The position numbers and the translations under genes are program-made. A stretch of DNA of 64,000 nucleotides from Camelus dromedarius (lineage: Eukaryota): the NCBI RefSeq assembly GCF_036321535.1, contig NC_087436.1:41852001-41916000 (forward strand), written 5' to 3'. Shown in pieces: positions 27,030 through 39,078 of this stretch. Below the pieces are notes generated by a model. That model was not told the DNA's origin, made no database searches, and was given only the letters and a program-made list of their open reading frames with translations. Every line of letters begins with the position of its first letter. The stretch's first letter is position 1.

Positions 27030-27079
<50 letters not shown>

Positions 27080-27125
27080 ATTCCCATAAAAGACATCAAG
27101 CAGTAAATATGCACATATATAAATA
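26964..27125. repeat. Compound (TA)n/(TG)n/(CATA)n microsatellite
   Basis: Perfect (TA) run at about 27041-27076 within alternating purine-pyrimidine low-complexity sequence. Confidence 0.92.
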
Positions 27126-27649
27126 TGCTTATCTGTAAAAGTCATCATGCAGCTTGATAAACAGGAATCTCACATCTGAAACCTGCCCATTCTGATATGT
27201 GTGTGTGTACATGCATTCAAATGTGTGTATACATGGGTGCAGTGATGCAGAAAATTTCTAGTCACAAAATCAAAGCTGTGTCTGTGTATCGCAGTCATTC
27301 CTTCAAGCACTGCAGCTGAATTGATCTGTTTATTAAATCAGCCAGAATAGTCTTGAAAGACTAAATTGAAATATTTAAATAGTTTATGCTAAATGTAAAC
27401 AGGCTACCTATATGCAGCTGTTTTCCAAAACAAAAAAAATTAGGTTTTAAAATTTTGAAATTTCTGCTGATGTCTTATGCTTATATTTAAGCATTGCTTG
27501 ATTGGATCACTTGGCTGAAAAAGAAATGAAATAATAAGAATGCCATAGTAGTGAATGGAACTGAAGTGTTAGAATAGACATTCTAACAACAAAGCAATAG
27601 GTAAAAAAAGCAACAATGATAAACAAAAGTGGGTTTTTTTGGTTTTTTT

Positions 27650-27870
27650 TTTACTACTGACTATGCAAAGCATTATTCTCTGTGTTCTACAGATTTTAAT
27701 TTAAATCCTCAAGATTAAGACATGGGTGCTTCTAGTACTCCACTTTACAGAAGAAACAACAGAGATGCTTTTGAGTTTAAAATACTTGTTCAAAGTTACA
27801 TAACCAGAAGGTAGCAAAGTTGTTGTTCAAACTCTGAAAGTCTTAATTCCTACTAAATACACTACAGTGC
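27650..27870 (-). mobile_element. MIR SINE
   Basis: TTTAAATCCTCA...CTCCACTTTACAGAAGAAAC...ACTTGTTCAAAGTTACATAAC. Confidence 0.6.
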
Positions 27871-29019
27871 CTCTTAATATTGACTTTTGATCTTGAATTT
27901 TTCCATTGAACATTATATTTTCAAATTGTTTGCTTTTCTGTAGATATTTTTACTTGAACAAATCTTTTGTAATTTGACTGTCCTCATTAGAAGATGTAAC
28001 CTTAGTATATGGAAATTTAAGATAGGTATTATAATTCATAATTTGTTCCTTGGTTCATCTTTTTTTATTTTTAAAATATTATAGTGAAGCTTAAATTTTA
28101 AATTATTAGATATTATTTGATCTATTACATTCCTCCGTTATGAGTATTAGATTTTGATAAAACATCCAAAAGCACATATTACAGATGCAAGTGTTTATAT
28201 ACTTAATCACATTAATAAAAGTGATTTTTTCTTCCAAAGATCTGAAAATTTATCTCTTTATAGCTAGTCTGTTCAGTTCTTACTATGTAATACTGGAAGG
28301 AAGAAAAGATTTTTAGAAATGTACTTAGTTTATCTCAAGCATATATTCTAACAGTGCATAGATATTACTATTAATGGTTTGCCTGTTGTTGGCTATATTT
28401 TTACTTTAATGCTCAAACAATAAATTGGTAAAAATGCTTTGTTTTAAACATCAGATATACAGGGAGAATCTTGGTAAAGAGTCTTGAAAACATATTTTAA
28501 TGAAATATGTTAGATGACGTTGTGAGAGTTGTTTAATTCTTTAAAAGTAATTTTTCAGTATTTTAAATCTTAATTCACTGAATTACTCCAAATTTGATTT
28601 TTTAAATGGTGTTGGAAGTTAAGGAATTTGTAGGAAAGTAGCAGTTTTACATCTGGTTCTTCTATCTTAAGGATTTTGGTCATATTAAATATCATTCCAC
28701 TATAAATACCAGAATATGAAGTGAAAGACTGAAAATACTTTATCCATTTATTTGGATATGAATTGATCTGTATGCACAGAAAGTCATAGATGATAGAGAA
28801 TACAGAATATTTTAAAATTTCAGGATATTCACATTTTTGTTGTCTATTTGGTTGAAAAAAACCACAAAGTCCAATTTTTTAATGGAAATTGAAGCATATT
28901 TTTTAGCCTCTGAACTGAAACTGCTTCTTCCCTTACGTGGGTTTATAATTTTAATATAGAAATTTAGATTTTCATTATAGGAGAACTTTACATTTTAGCT
29001 GATCAAGAATGTATGAGAG

Positions 29020-29039
29020 GTGTGTGTGTGTGTGTGTGT
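29020..29039. repeat. (GT)10 microsatellite
   Basis: Seen directly. Confidence 0.9.
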
Positions 29040-29419
29040 CCATGTGTCCTATCAGTCTTATAGTCCCTGGAAACTATTTAATTTCTTTTAGCATATAGAC
29101 AGGACACATCAGAAAGCAAGCTTCTGATAGTCTTGTTAAATATGGTTAATCAGTAAGTCAACCACTTTATGCTTACTTTATGCTACTTCCAGTAAATATC
29201 AAAATATGTAATACTGTGTACTTATGTTTACTTATAAATGTTAGTAATGATACAGAAATATGTCAGAATTATCTGATATCTGCCAGTAACTGGTGGTCAT
29301 AGAGTTCAACATAATTTAAGAGATGAACTGGTTTAGCTATGGTTGAGATTCAAGAGAAGCTAAATTCAATCAATAAAATGTATCAATGAAATTCCTACTG
29401 CAATCGAAGTATAATTTTA

Positions 29420-30660
29420 CATGATTAGGGTTAGAACACAGGAATAGCTTCTGGAAATTTAGGTTAAGATATATAGTCTGCTAGAAGCAACACATGTGCA
29501 AATAATTTAAAGGTATTACAAAATATGATAAAAGCAAGATACAAATAAAAAATGGATTGTAGCCACTAGACTGTTGAAATTGTGATGAAGTTAACCAGGA
29601 AAAAATTTTTATGGAGACAGTAGTATTTGAACCAGACTATCAATGATTTAAGGGAATGTCACCAATCAGATAATAGTATAAACAGAAAGAATTCCTCAGG
29701 AAAATTCTGAGGAGAGAAGGTACAATATTTGTCTGGTGTGGCTGGATCTTGTATTTGTGTAGAAACTACGACAGAGAGACTAGAAAGTTATTTTAGTATG
29801 ATTTTGTGTAGTGTCTCAAAGGACACATTGAGTTTCGCTTTATTCTGCAGTAAATGAAGAACCATTGGATGTTTTGTGCTTTTGTTTCGTTATGTTTCAA
29901 GAAGGACCAATCGAAGTTTTGATTTAGAAAAATAACAGTGTAGGATGGGTGGTAGGACTTGAGGCAGGAGACAAGCCCTCAGAGACATGGTTCAGGGACT
30001 TGTGGCAATAAATCATGCAGGTGATAATAAGGCATAAACAAGCCCTGTGTCAGCAGAAATAGACAGGAGAGGATGGATCCAGAAGACATCCCACAGATAA
30101 AACTGTGCTTCTTTCAAAGAAGGGATAATGGAGGCAGGCAGGCATCTCGAAGGAAGAGAAGAAAAGAAACAGTCAAAAATGATTCTAAGGATTGATCTAG
30201 TGCCATTTAAATGCTGGTGATGCCATCCAGAGAGAAAAAAAACTCAGTGTGTATTTTGGGGGTGCAGTTAGGGAGAGAGCTGGAGTAATAAGAAATCCAA
30301 CTACGAAATAGGAAACGTATTACTGTTTAAAAATGAAAAAGCAGTGAACTGTTGAAAAATTTAGGTCGGGTTCATGAAGATGCTGAGTATTGATATGATT
30401 GTTCAAGAAAAGCAGAAAGAGAGAGAAGAAAAAGGGCACCCTGTGGAAATCCAGCAGGGAAGGAGGGCTAAGGAAGGATTTGGAAGTCCTTACAGGGAAG
30501 CATTAAAAGTCACAAATGAAATTAGCTAAGGTAAGTGGTGTCTTTAAGTATATTTGTTTTGCTCCTACAGACCTAATGAAGGGAGTGACAGGGGTTTGGC
30601 AGGAGAGACTTTCAAGGAGAGTTGTGGTATATTGAAGCAGGAAAGTATATCCTACGTGAG
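29420..30660 (-). mobile_element. Degraded L2 LINE
   Basis: Purine-rich antisense L2-like blocks (GAGTTTCGCTTTATTCTGCAGTAAATGAAGAACCATTGGA, GAGGCAGGAGAC, GTCAAAAATGATTCTAAGG). Boundaries are approximate. Confidence 0.55.
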
Positions 30661-31531
30661 ATTAGATCCTAAGATGAATACAAGCAGGAAAGCAGGAAGT
30701 GCCACTTCTAGGAGGTGATGGTGATTACGTCAGAGTGTCCACATAAGAGCTGGAAGGAAGAGATAAACCTGAGATGTTTAAAGGACAAGTCACTGAACGA
30801 GAAGAGTTGAATCAGACCCATGAGTATCACTTCAAGTTTACATTGTGAAACTAAGCTGTGGGGTGGAGCTAATACCATTGACACAAAGAAGGCCTTTGGT
30901 GGAAAACCCAATTTGAGAAGATTTCCATTTTAAGCAAATAGACTTGGTGAAAAAAACAATCTAAAGAAAATACTTGTCTAAGTTTAGAGACACATATTTA
31001 TAAGTTAACAAAAGGGAAAACAAATAAGAAAGGTTTAGAACAGCATCTCCTGATGATCTTCCTAATATTTATTAATAATGTGGAAGTTATATTGCAAATA
31101 TGTATTTTAAGTGTATACATTGCATTTGGTAGTTTCTATTTCCTCTAATCTTTTCAGTAATTTAAAGTGTTTATAATTATACTTGGATCATTTTGAGGAT
31201 TTGAATTAAAATTTTTGGAACACTAAGAATAATGCTTTTTTGCACAGAGTAGGTAGTAAATATTGAGTGATTCATTTAAAGCCACACAGTGTGAGAGTGA
31301 TGCTGAAACAGAACTGAGCATTCTGGTCTATATCCTTGTCCCCACGCTTAATTATAACAGATTTTGATGGAGGCTTGTGGTTACAAAAGCGACAATACTA
31401 CAACACTATGAAACAACAATTAAAATGCAATACTGTACATCCAACTTTTAAAAAATCGTTTAGCCACCTCCATATCTGACATTAATTTCTGGCTGACATT
31501 TTTCTGCAAGTCCCTCAGGGGTTGCTGTATT

Positions 31532-31668
31532 GCTTTCTTCTCCCCTCCTCCTTGCTTTTTCCCTCTTCACCTCCCTTCCTCTTCCTTCTGCCTGCTCATC
31601 CTCCTCCCCCTCCTCCTCTCTTTTCTCCTCCTTTCCCCCTGCTTCTCTTTCTCTTCCCTCCTTTCACT
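31532..31668 (+). repeat. Polypyrimidine (CT/CCT-rich) low-complexity tract
   Basis: About 135 nt, almost entirely C/T. Confidence 0.9.
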
Positions 31669-34600
31669 TGCTGAATGCTCATCCAAGACTGCCGATTTGA
31701 CAGTTGACTGCCTTTATCAAGAACAACTTAAACAGCTCTTTGTTTAGCTATCTCCTCTTCCCTTCCAATCTTTGCCCTTTCATGGGCTAAGGTTGCTGAA
31801 CAGTTGTACCTCCATTAACATATTTGCTAACCAAGGACCGCCACTCTCTTTCTCATAAGCAGAAGCAGCATAAACTCTGCGGTTACGCATGGCTGATTTA
31901 CTACGTATGTAAGTCACCTTGGTTGAAGTAACTACAATACAATGTACTACTCCTCCTCCCGTGCAGCAGTATATTAATACAAAATATCAACTCTTACATT
32001 GACCATTGACCACCTCCTCATTTGACAGTACCTATTCCTGTACACTGAATATGCTGATGTCTTCCTATTAGGCAACATATAATCTGCTATAATCTGTTGT
32101 CTGATGCCTTCAACTTTGGAATTTCCTCAAGCTTAGATGACCAAGAGGCTATGATGCATAGTTCACCAAGACACTGACATGACAGTGTAATCTGGCCTGA
32201 TCATTATTAATAATAGCAGCTTCAAGAATGGCAGCCTACTATATCTGAGAGTCTAGATGTTAAGTTTAAACTAATACTTGATATGGTCATATTTGTGATA
32301 GATTTTGTTCCAAGTCTTTTTTTCAAAGACTCTTTATGAACAAATGTGTGTGGAGGGGGAAAGAAAAAGACAAAATACAAATAGTAAACCAGAGGCATTA
32401 CATTAAAACCATTTAAAGTATTTGTAACTATGCCTATACTAGTATGGAAATGTAAGACATTTCTATTTTTATTAATGTTAGAATCCTTAGGGAAATAAAT
32501 GCTGCCTGAAGTATGTGATCTATGAGTAACAATTCCAGTTAAATTGACATTTTAATTTCTAAAGATAATTTTACCATAAACTGAATGTGTGTGGGGGCGG
32601 GGGGTATGGGTGTACGTGTGAGAGTAAGAAAAAGAAAGGATGAAAACACACAAAAGAGCAGAAAAATAACCCAAAATGGGGTTACTTTTTCTTACCAGCA
32701 TTTGTTGTTGATATTAGGACTTACAATAGCTTAGCTTTCAGAATTGAAACCTCTGATTAAAAGCATCCAGAGGCACGAAGGATTTCTTTTTCTGTAATCA
32801 AAATTTCTTAGAAAATGAGCAATTAGTCTTTGGAAATAAAGAGATCATGTTAACATTAAGATCCATGGTCTTGCAAGTCTATAAACCATGCTTAAATCAT
32901 AGTATAAATATTTATTCACTGAGCATGACCAGAAATATAGTGAAGAGTTTGGTTTTATGGTGATACAACAATTTCTAATAAAAGTTGTGTGGCACATTGT
33001 GAAAGTGGCATTCTATCATAGACTGGGTAGACGGAATCTGAGTCTGAGTTTATTTCCTATGGCCAATGAAATGGCCTTTCAGAATGCTTTATGAAACTAC
33101 AAATCATTTGAGGTGCTCCCTGGTTGAGAAACTTAAAATTAAATTGGAAAGAACCTCCAAGACAAATCAGGAGTCTTCTGAAACTAAGTTAACTCTCTCA
33201 ATACCACCATCACCCTTACAAGATTACAACTCATTTAGAGGCCTATGGGGGTTGCTGTATTCTTTTAAAAAGTATAAGCTAATCTTAGGATTTTAATGCA
33301 AGTTGCTATCAGTTGCACTATTAGTCAAATTTGAATGTTTTACTGGTCCCTTTTAAAGAAAAATAATTATAAACCACAGTGATAATTTAAATCAAGTTTA
33401 TACTACAACAAATATTTGTTAATACTAAACTAAAAGTGAACTCGTAGTTTGTATCCAGTTATAACCCCCCCCCATTTGTAATTCACATAAAAAGAAGGTT
33501 AACTCACAGTCAGTATTAAAATTTGAAACATTAATTTAAATGATAGAAGATGTTACTACTTAATTCTTCCCTACAATGTGAGTAACCTGAGCAGTGTGAA
33601 TGTGGTACATCTGCTGTGCAGAGACTCATTTAAGTTCAGTGTCCTCAAACTTTCTCTTGGCATCAGTGACTCATTTATACATCCTGTTGGCCTTTGCTTG
33701 GTGTCAACCTACTAGTTATTTATTAATTATCCCTGTGTCCTTTCTCATTAACTTACAGAATCAAATAGGTACCACTTGCACAAATTACACTAAAATAGAG
33801 ACCCAGGTTAGGCAATAATATCACCTGGACTAGGCCATGAGTTGGAAAGTTAAGCAAGACCACAAAATCTGTTTGGACTCAAGAACTGACATGAGTTACA
33901 GTTTGAATTCAGATCAAGCTTGTTTTTTAGTTTATTTCCAAATGAAAAATACAACAGTAAGAGGCTTTGTACAAGTTAATAACATGATGAGGAGGACAGC
34001 TATCTATTCCGTCATGGGTATGTGTGGACTTTACAATGAGCAAAGTAACTGTAATGGAATAAGGAGCACTCCAAGTCAAAGGAGATTTGAGTTTTGGTTT
34101 TCCTGACTTTTATAAAATAATCAGCTGAGGGATAGGGACCACAAGAAGAATCAAGGACCTAAAATTTCCAGATAATAGTGAGATATGAGGAAATTCTTGA
34201 TATGTAATTGTCAGGTCTACACCATAAGGCTCATAACAAGCCATTGGCTGCCCTCAATGTTTGGATCCGCACTCTACAGAGGAAGTGGGTGCACCCCATT
34301 GGAATGCCAAGAGAAAACATTAGAGTTTTAACTCTTTAGGTTTCATCTCACTTTTCTAATAATTACATTTTGCAGCATGTCTGTTTAAATCTATATAACA
34401 TCAAAAGGGTTGGTAATCATATTTCTCTTTGATCTGAAATATGATGATACTTTTAAAGATTATCATTGAAATAAAATACAAAATTATGTGTCATATATGA
34501 TTATAACAGAGATCTTGTACGTTCACTAAAATAAATCCAAGGAATCCAGTTTAAAAAATACTGCCCTAGATAAAGGCACCAAATCACAAAGAAAATGATT

Positions 34601-35562
34601 CCATTCAATGACGTTTTGTCTGATACTCCTTTCTTACTTAGTGAAACTCATGCAAGTGTGTGACTCCAGTGATTTCTTGGGTCACAATAGATATGAGGTT
34701 CTGTTTATTTGTCTAGTTCTTCTGTGATTCTTATAGTGAAAATAAACCTGCCATGTCTTATCTTTTTATACCATTTCATGTCTGTTTAGATAGATCATGC
34801 TTTAAATATTGTAAATATTTATGTTATTAAATATTACAAAATTTTAAACTTTAATGATTCTTGTTACTTTTTTCCTTTTAAAAAACTTTTTAAAAACTTG
34901 GGTCTCTAGTTTAGTGTAATTTGTTTAAATAGTGACTTGTTAGCATTTAGAGAAATTCAATGGGTAACACACCTAAAGATTAAGTAGATACAGGATTCTT
35001 TACTGAGAGCCAACATAATTAGGCCCCATTATGTTTTCATATCTGAGACAACTGCACAAAGACATTTTAGATATTGAGGTAGATGTCCCTCAGTGTAAGA
35101 AGGGGCAGTAACATTGTCATGACTGAGTAGTTACGGGAAGCTGACGAACCAGTATGGTATTGATTAAAAAGCTGAGATCAGAGGCAGTTGGGAAGAGCCA
35201 TGTTATCTAGATTCATATTCCCTCACTCTCTTCATCAGATGGACTGTACTTTTCCTAACAGTGTAAGTGCATGGTAGGACAGTACTAGTTATCATAACAA
35301 CAGTTTCAGTAAATAGTACATCTGATATCTGCCTCCCCAGGAAAATGTTCATGTCCTTGAGTATCATTTTGCATATGACTGTGTTTATTATTCAAGTGTC
35401 AGAACTACCCAAGCACATAGTAAAATATTCTGGGAGTACAGCAGACTGAGGATTTAATAGTCAGTGAAAATCACCCAGAAAAGGGTATGGCATGGAAAAG
35501 GAGACAGAATTAGGTTCCAGAAAATAATAAAATGTGGAGTCCTGAGACAGTTATCGCATCAG

Positions 35563-35668
35563 TTTTTCCAGCTTTATTGAGATATAATTGACATATAATG
35601 TTGTGTAAGTTTAAGGCATACAACATGATGATCTGATACACTTACATATTGCAAAATAATTACCACCA
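35563..35668 (-). mobile_element. L1 3' terminal fragment (L1MA9-like)
   Basis: CAGCTTTATTGAGATATAATTGACATATAA...GTAAGTTTAAGG...CATATTGCAAAATAATTACCAC. Confidence 0.75.
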
Positions 35669-35867
35669 TTCTCACCATTTTTAAAGAAAAAGTCTATGCA
35701 TTGAGTATTTTTTTTTGAAATTCCACTATTAAGTCTTTACTACTGGTTAGAATGTTCTTTAGTGGTTACCATCCAGATTTCTTTATAAATCAGACAACAA
35801 GATCTTATTAACATTGCCTTTATCGTCTGCATCTGCTGCTCACTGGCACTGAGAGAAATGTGTTTCT

Positions 35868-36266
35868 TTTTTTGTTTTTTATTGAAGTGTGGTTGATTTA
35901 CAATGTTGTTTCTGTGTTAGTTTCTGGTGTACAGTATAGTAGTGATTCATTTACACATATATATTCCTTTTCATATTGTTTTTCATTATAAGTTATTACA
36001 AGTTATTGAACATAGTTCTCTGAGCTACACAGTAGGACCTTGTTGTTTATCTATTCTGTATATAGTGATTTGTATCTACTAATTCCAAACTCCCAATTTA
36101 GCCCTTCCCTCTCCTTTCACCTTTGGTAATCATAAGTTTGTTTTCTATGTCTATGTGTCTCTTTCTGTTTTGTAAATAAGTTCATTTGTGTCATCTTTTT
36201 TAGATTCCACATGCAAGTGATATTATATGATATTTGTCTTTCTCTGTCTGACTTACTTCACTTAGT
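35868..36266 (-). mobile_element. 5'-truncated L1 3' end with degenerate TSD
   Basis: TTTTATTGAAGTGTGGTTGATTTACAATG...TCTGACTTACTTCACTTAG. Flanks are GAGAGAAATGTGTTTCT (35851-35867) and GGGAGAAAAGTGTCTCT (36267-36283). Confidence 0.88.
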
Positions 36267-37858
36267 GGGAGAAAAGTGTCTCTCATTCAGTTTTATTGGC
36301 GGTTGATATACTGATCTCCCATAATGTATGATGGAGTGTCCATTTATTGAAAGTTCAGCATATGCTGGCCACCCTGATTTTTTCCACTGGACTCTAGTAT
36401 GGAATAAATGGCCTTGTTTCCTTATAAACAACTATCTTTTGTGTAAGTCATACAGTGACATTTTGGCATAAAATATTCTTGGTTTGTTTGTTAACTTGGT
36501 TTACAATTGTATTTAACATCTGCATTAATTATGTGGCTTTTCTACACTAGTAATCAAGACAAAGTTCGAAGTGATTATCCTCTTTCTTAAATGCCTTTCT
36601 CTCAGCAGGTTCTTAATAATCATGCTAAGTGGGTTAGAATGAAGCTGCCAACGCTGTACAATGTTTATAGACTCCACTGAATATTGGTTTGAATGAATGA
36701 AAAGGTGAATGAAGGACTGTATCCTGGAAAAATACAAGATGAAAATTTATATCTATAACTTTCTCTGTGTGTCTTCTGAGAGGAGTTAGGTAAAAACTAT
36801 AGGGGATAAAATGCTGTTTCAGTCTGATTGCCTATCAACAGAGCTGGCTTGTAAAGCAACAGCAGGCAATTCTCATAAAAAAAAAAAAACTGGAGATGGA
36901 AGAATATTTAGGTTTGGATTCATGTAAATTTTAAGCCAGTCCTTCAATGTTTGGGAAGCCAGAGCCCAGTTTTCCCATAAAATTTACAGGAATATATGCT
37001 TTATGTAACTTAGATAAACAGTATGTAGAGGCTCTGAATTTTGAACTATAGCTGGGGACACATTTAAAACTAAAAGTAATAAAAGCAAATAAGAATTTAA
37101 TAAAGCTAGAAAATTTAAATAATAACTTACTGTTTGGGGGAAAAATATAGGAAACCAGGGAACAACTCTTAGTTAAGTAAAATCTTGCAATTTTAAAAAG
37201 AATTCTATCTATAAAAAATTGTTTAGCTTGAAATTATAAAAGCATATTCTTATTTAGGTAAGTTCAGAGGTACTTAGAACAATTTTACTAAAATGCATAC
37301 AATCTAAATAAAATGCAGTCTGTCACTCTAAGAAACCATTTCCCACTGATTAATCTGGGGATTTGCTACTGGAATAGGATTTTCTGCATTACAAATCCAT
37401 AGTATTTTCCTATTTGAAGACTTTATATTATCGAGGCATGTATAACCTACTTATTTCTACAGTCATAAGAATTTAATATAGTGTAACATCTGACATCTCA
37501 TATTTTAGAATTGTGACTAATAACAGTCCATTTGGAGAGAAACATGCAAACACAGACTACTAATCCTTAATGGCGCTCACAAGCTGTGCATGTCTCCTCC
37601 CAGTAGTACCTGCTAAGATTTATAGACACAATAACCAAGCGTGATTAGGATATTACAAACTATAATTCTATTCAATTTATTACTGAAGATGAAAACAAAG
37701 TTTCCCATAAAATGACATCATTATTTCTTTGAGAACTGGAAGCACTCTTCTAAAGCATGGCCAGGACCATAAGTACCATAAATATCTCTGGGCAGTCTCT
37801 GAAGTATTTCATTCCATTAAAAATCAACAGACATGTTCTCAGCAGTGTGGTCTGTGTG

Positions 37859-37860
<2 letters not shown>

Positions 37861-37912
<52 letters not shown>
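37861..37912. repeat. Compound (TG)17(AG)n microsatellite
   Basis: Seen directly. Confidence 0.95.
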
Positions 37913-37913
<1 letters not shown>

Positions 37914-38289
37914 TGCTTCATTTTTAAAGCAATATGTGCCAAGTAAGTAGATATAATTTATGATTAACTAGACTCTTAGCTGTTTACATGCTTCCAGAAG
38001 GTCATTTTGCAATATTTGTAATTGATGCCCTCAGAAAAGTTTTAATTTTGGTGAAATATACTTACATGTTTGAGGATTGTGGTTTCCCAGGGCATTGACA
38101 TAGAACAGACCCCAACAATTATTATTAAGATCTTTCTTGCATATGGAAGAGTAAAACTTTAAGAAATCACTTCATTTGTAATCTAAAAGGAGGAAAAATG
38201 TGAACTGTGTGGAAGTTGGTAGGAATACATGAAAACAACATATTGAAAAAAAGTCACTTTAAAAAGGAAGAAATAAAGCAATGACCCCA

Positions 38290-38430
38290 ATAATCAGAAA
38301 AGTCAGATTTTAGACCTAGCTCTGATAGAATTTTACACAAAACCACCTCATTTATAGTCACTGGGTTTCAATGTCTTCACCTGTAAAATAAAAATAATAA
38401 TGGACTAGAGGTGCTATAATGAGCTATAAA
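38290..38430 (+). mobile_element. MIR fragment
   Basis: CTGGGTTTCAATGTCTTCACCTGTAAAATAAAAATAAT...GGACTAGA. Confidence 0.55.
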
Positions 38431-38504
38431 GACTCCTACACATTACAAATTGATTATTTTGTATGGGTGTAACAAAGAGCATAGAGCATGTTTTACATAA
38501 CTTC

Positions 38505-39078
38505 TTTTTTTTTTATCGTAGTATAGTCGATATATAGTGTGTCAGTTTCTGGTGCACAGCATAATATTTCAGTCATACAATATATACACACGTATTTGTT
38601 TTCATATTCTTTTTGATTATATGTTACTACAAGATATTGAATATAGTTCCCTGTGCTATACAGAAGAAACTTGTTGTTTATCTATTTTATATATAGTAGT
38701 TAGTATCTGCAAATCTTGAGCTCCCAATTTATCCCTTCCCACCCTCTTCCCCCACTGGTAACCATGAGTTTGTTTTCTGTCTATGTGTCTGTTTCTGTTT
38801 GTAAAATAAGTTCATTTGCATCTTTTTTTTTAGATTCCACATATGGGTAATAGCATATGGTATATTTCATTCTCTTTCTGGCTTACTTCACTTAGAATGA
38901 CAATCTCCATGTCCATCCTTGTTGCTGCAAATGTCATTATTTTATTCTTTTTTATGGCTGAGTAGTATTCCATTATATAAGTATACAACAATTTTTACCC
39001 AGTTATTTGCCAATGAACATTTAAGTTGTTTCCATGGCTTGGCTATTGTAAATAGTGCTGCTATTAGCATTGGGGTGC
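38505..39078 (-). mobile_element. 5'-truncated L1 with 11-bp TSD
   Basis: Perfect TSD TACATAACTTC at 38494-38504 and 39079-39089. The minus-strand ORF contains an L1 ORF2p C-terminal remnant (TPMLIAALFTIAKPWKQLKC). Confidence 0.93.
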
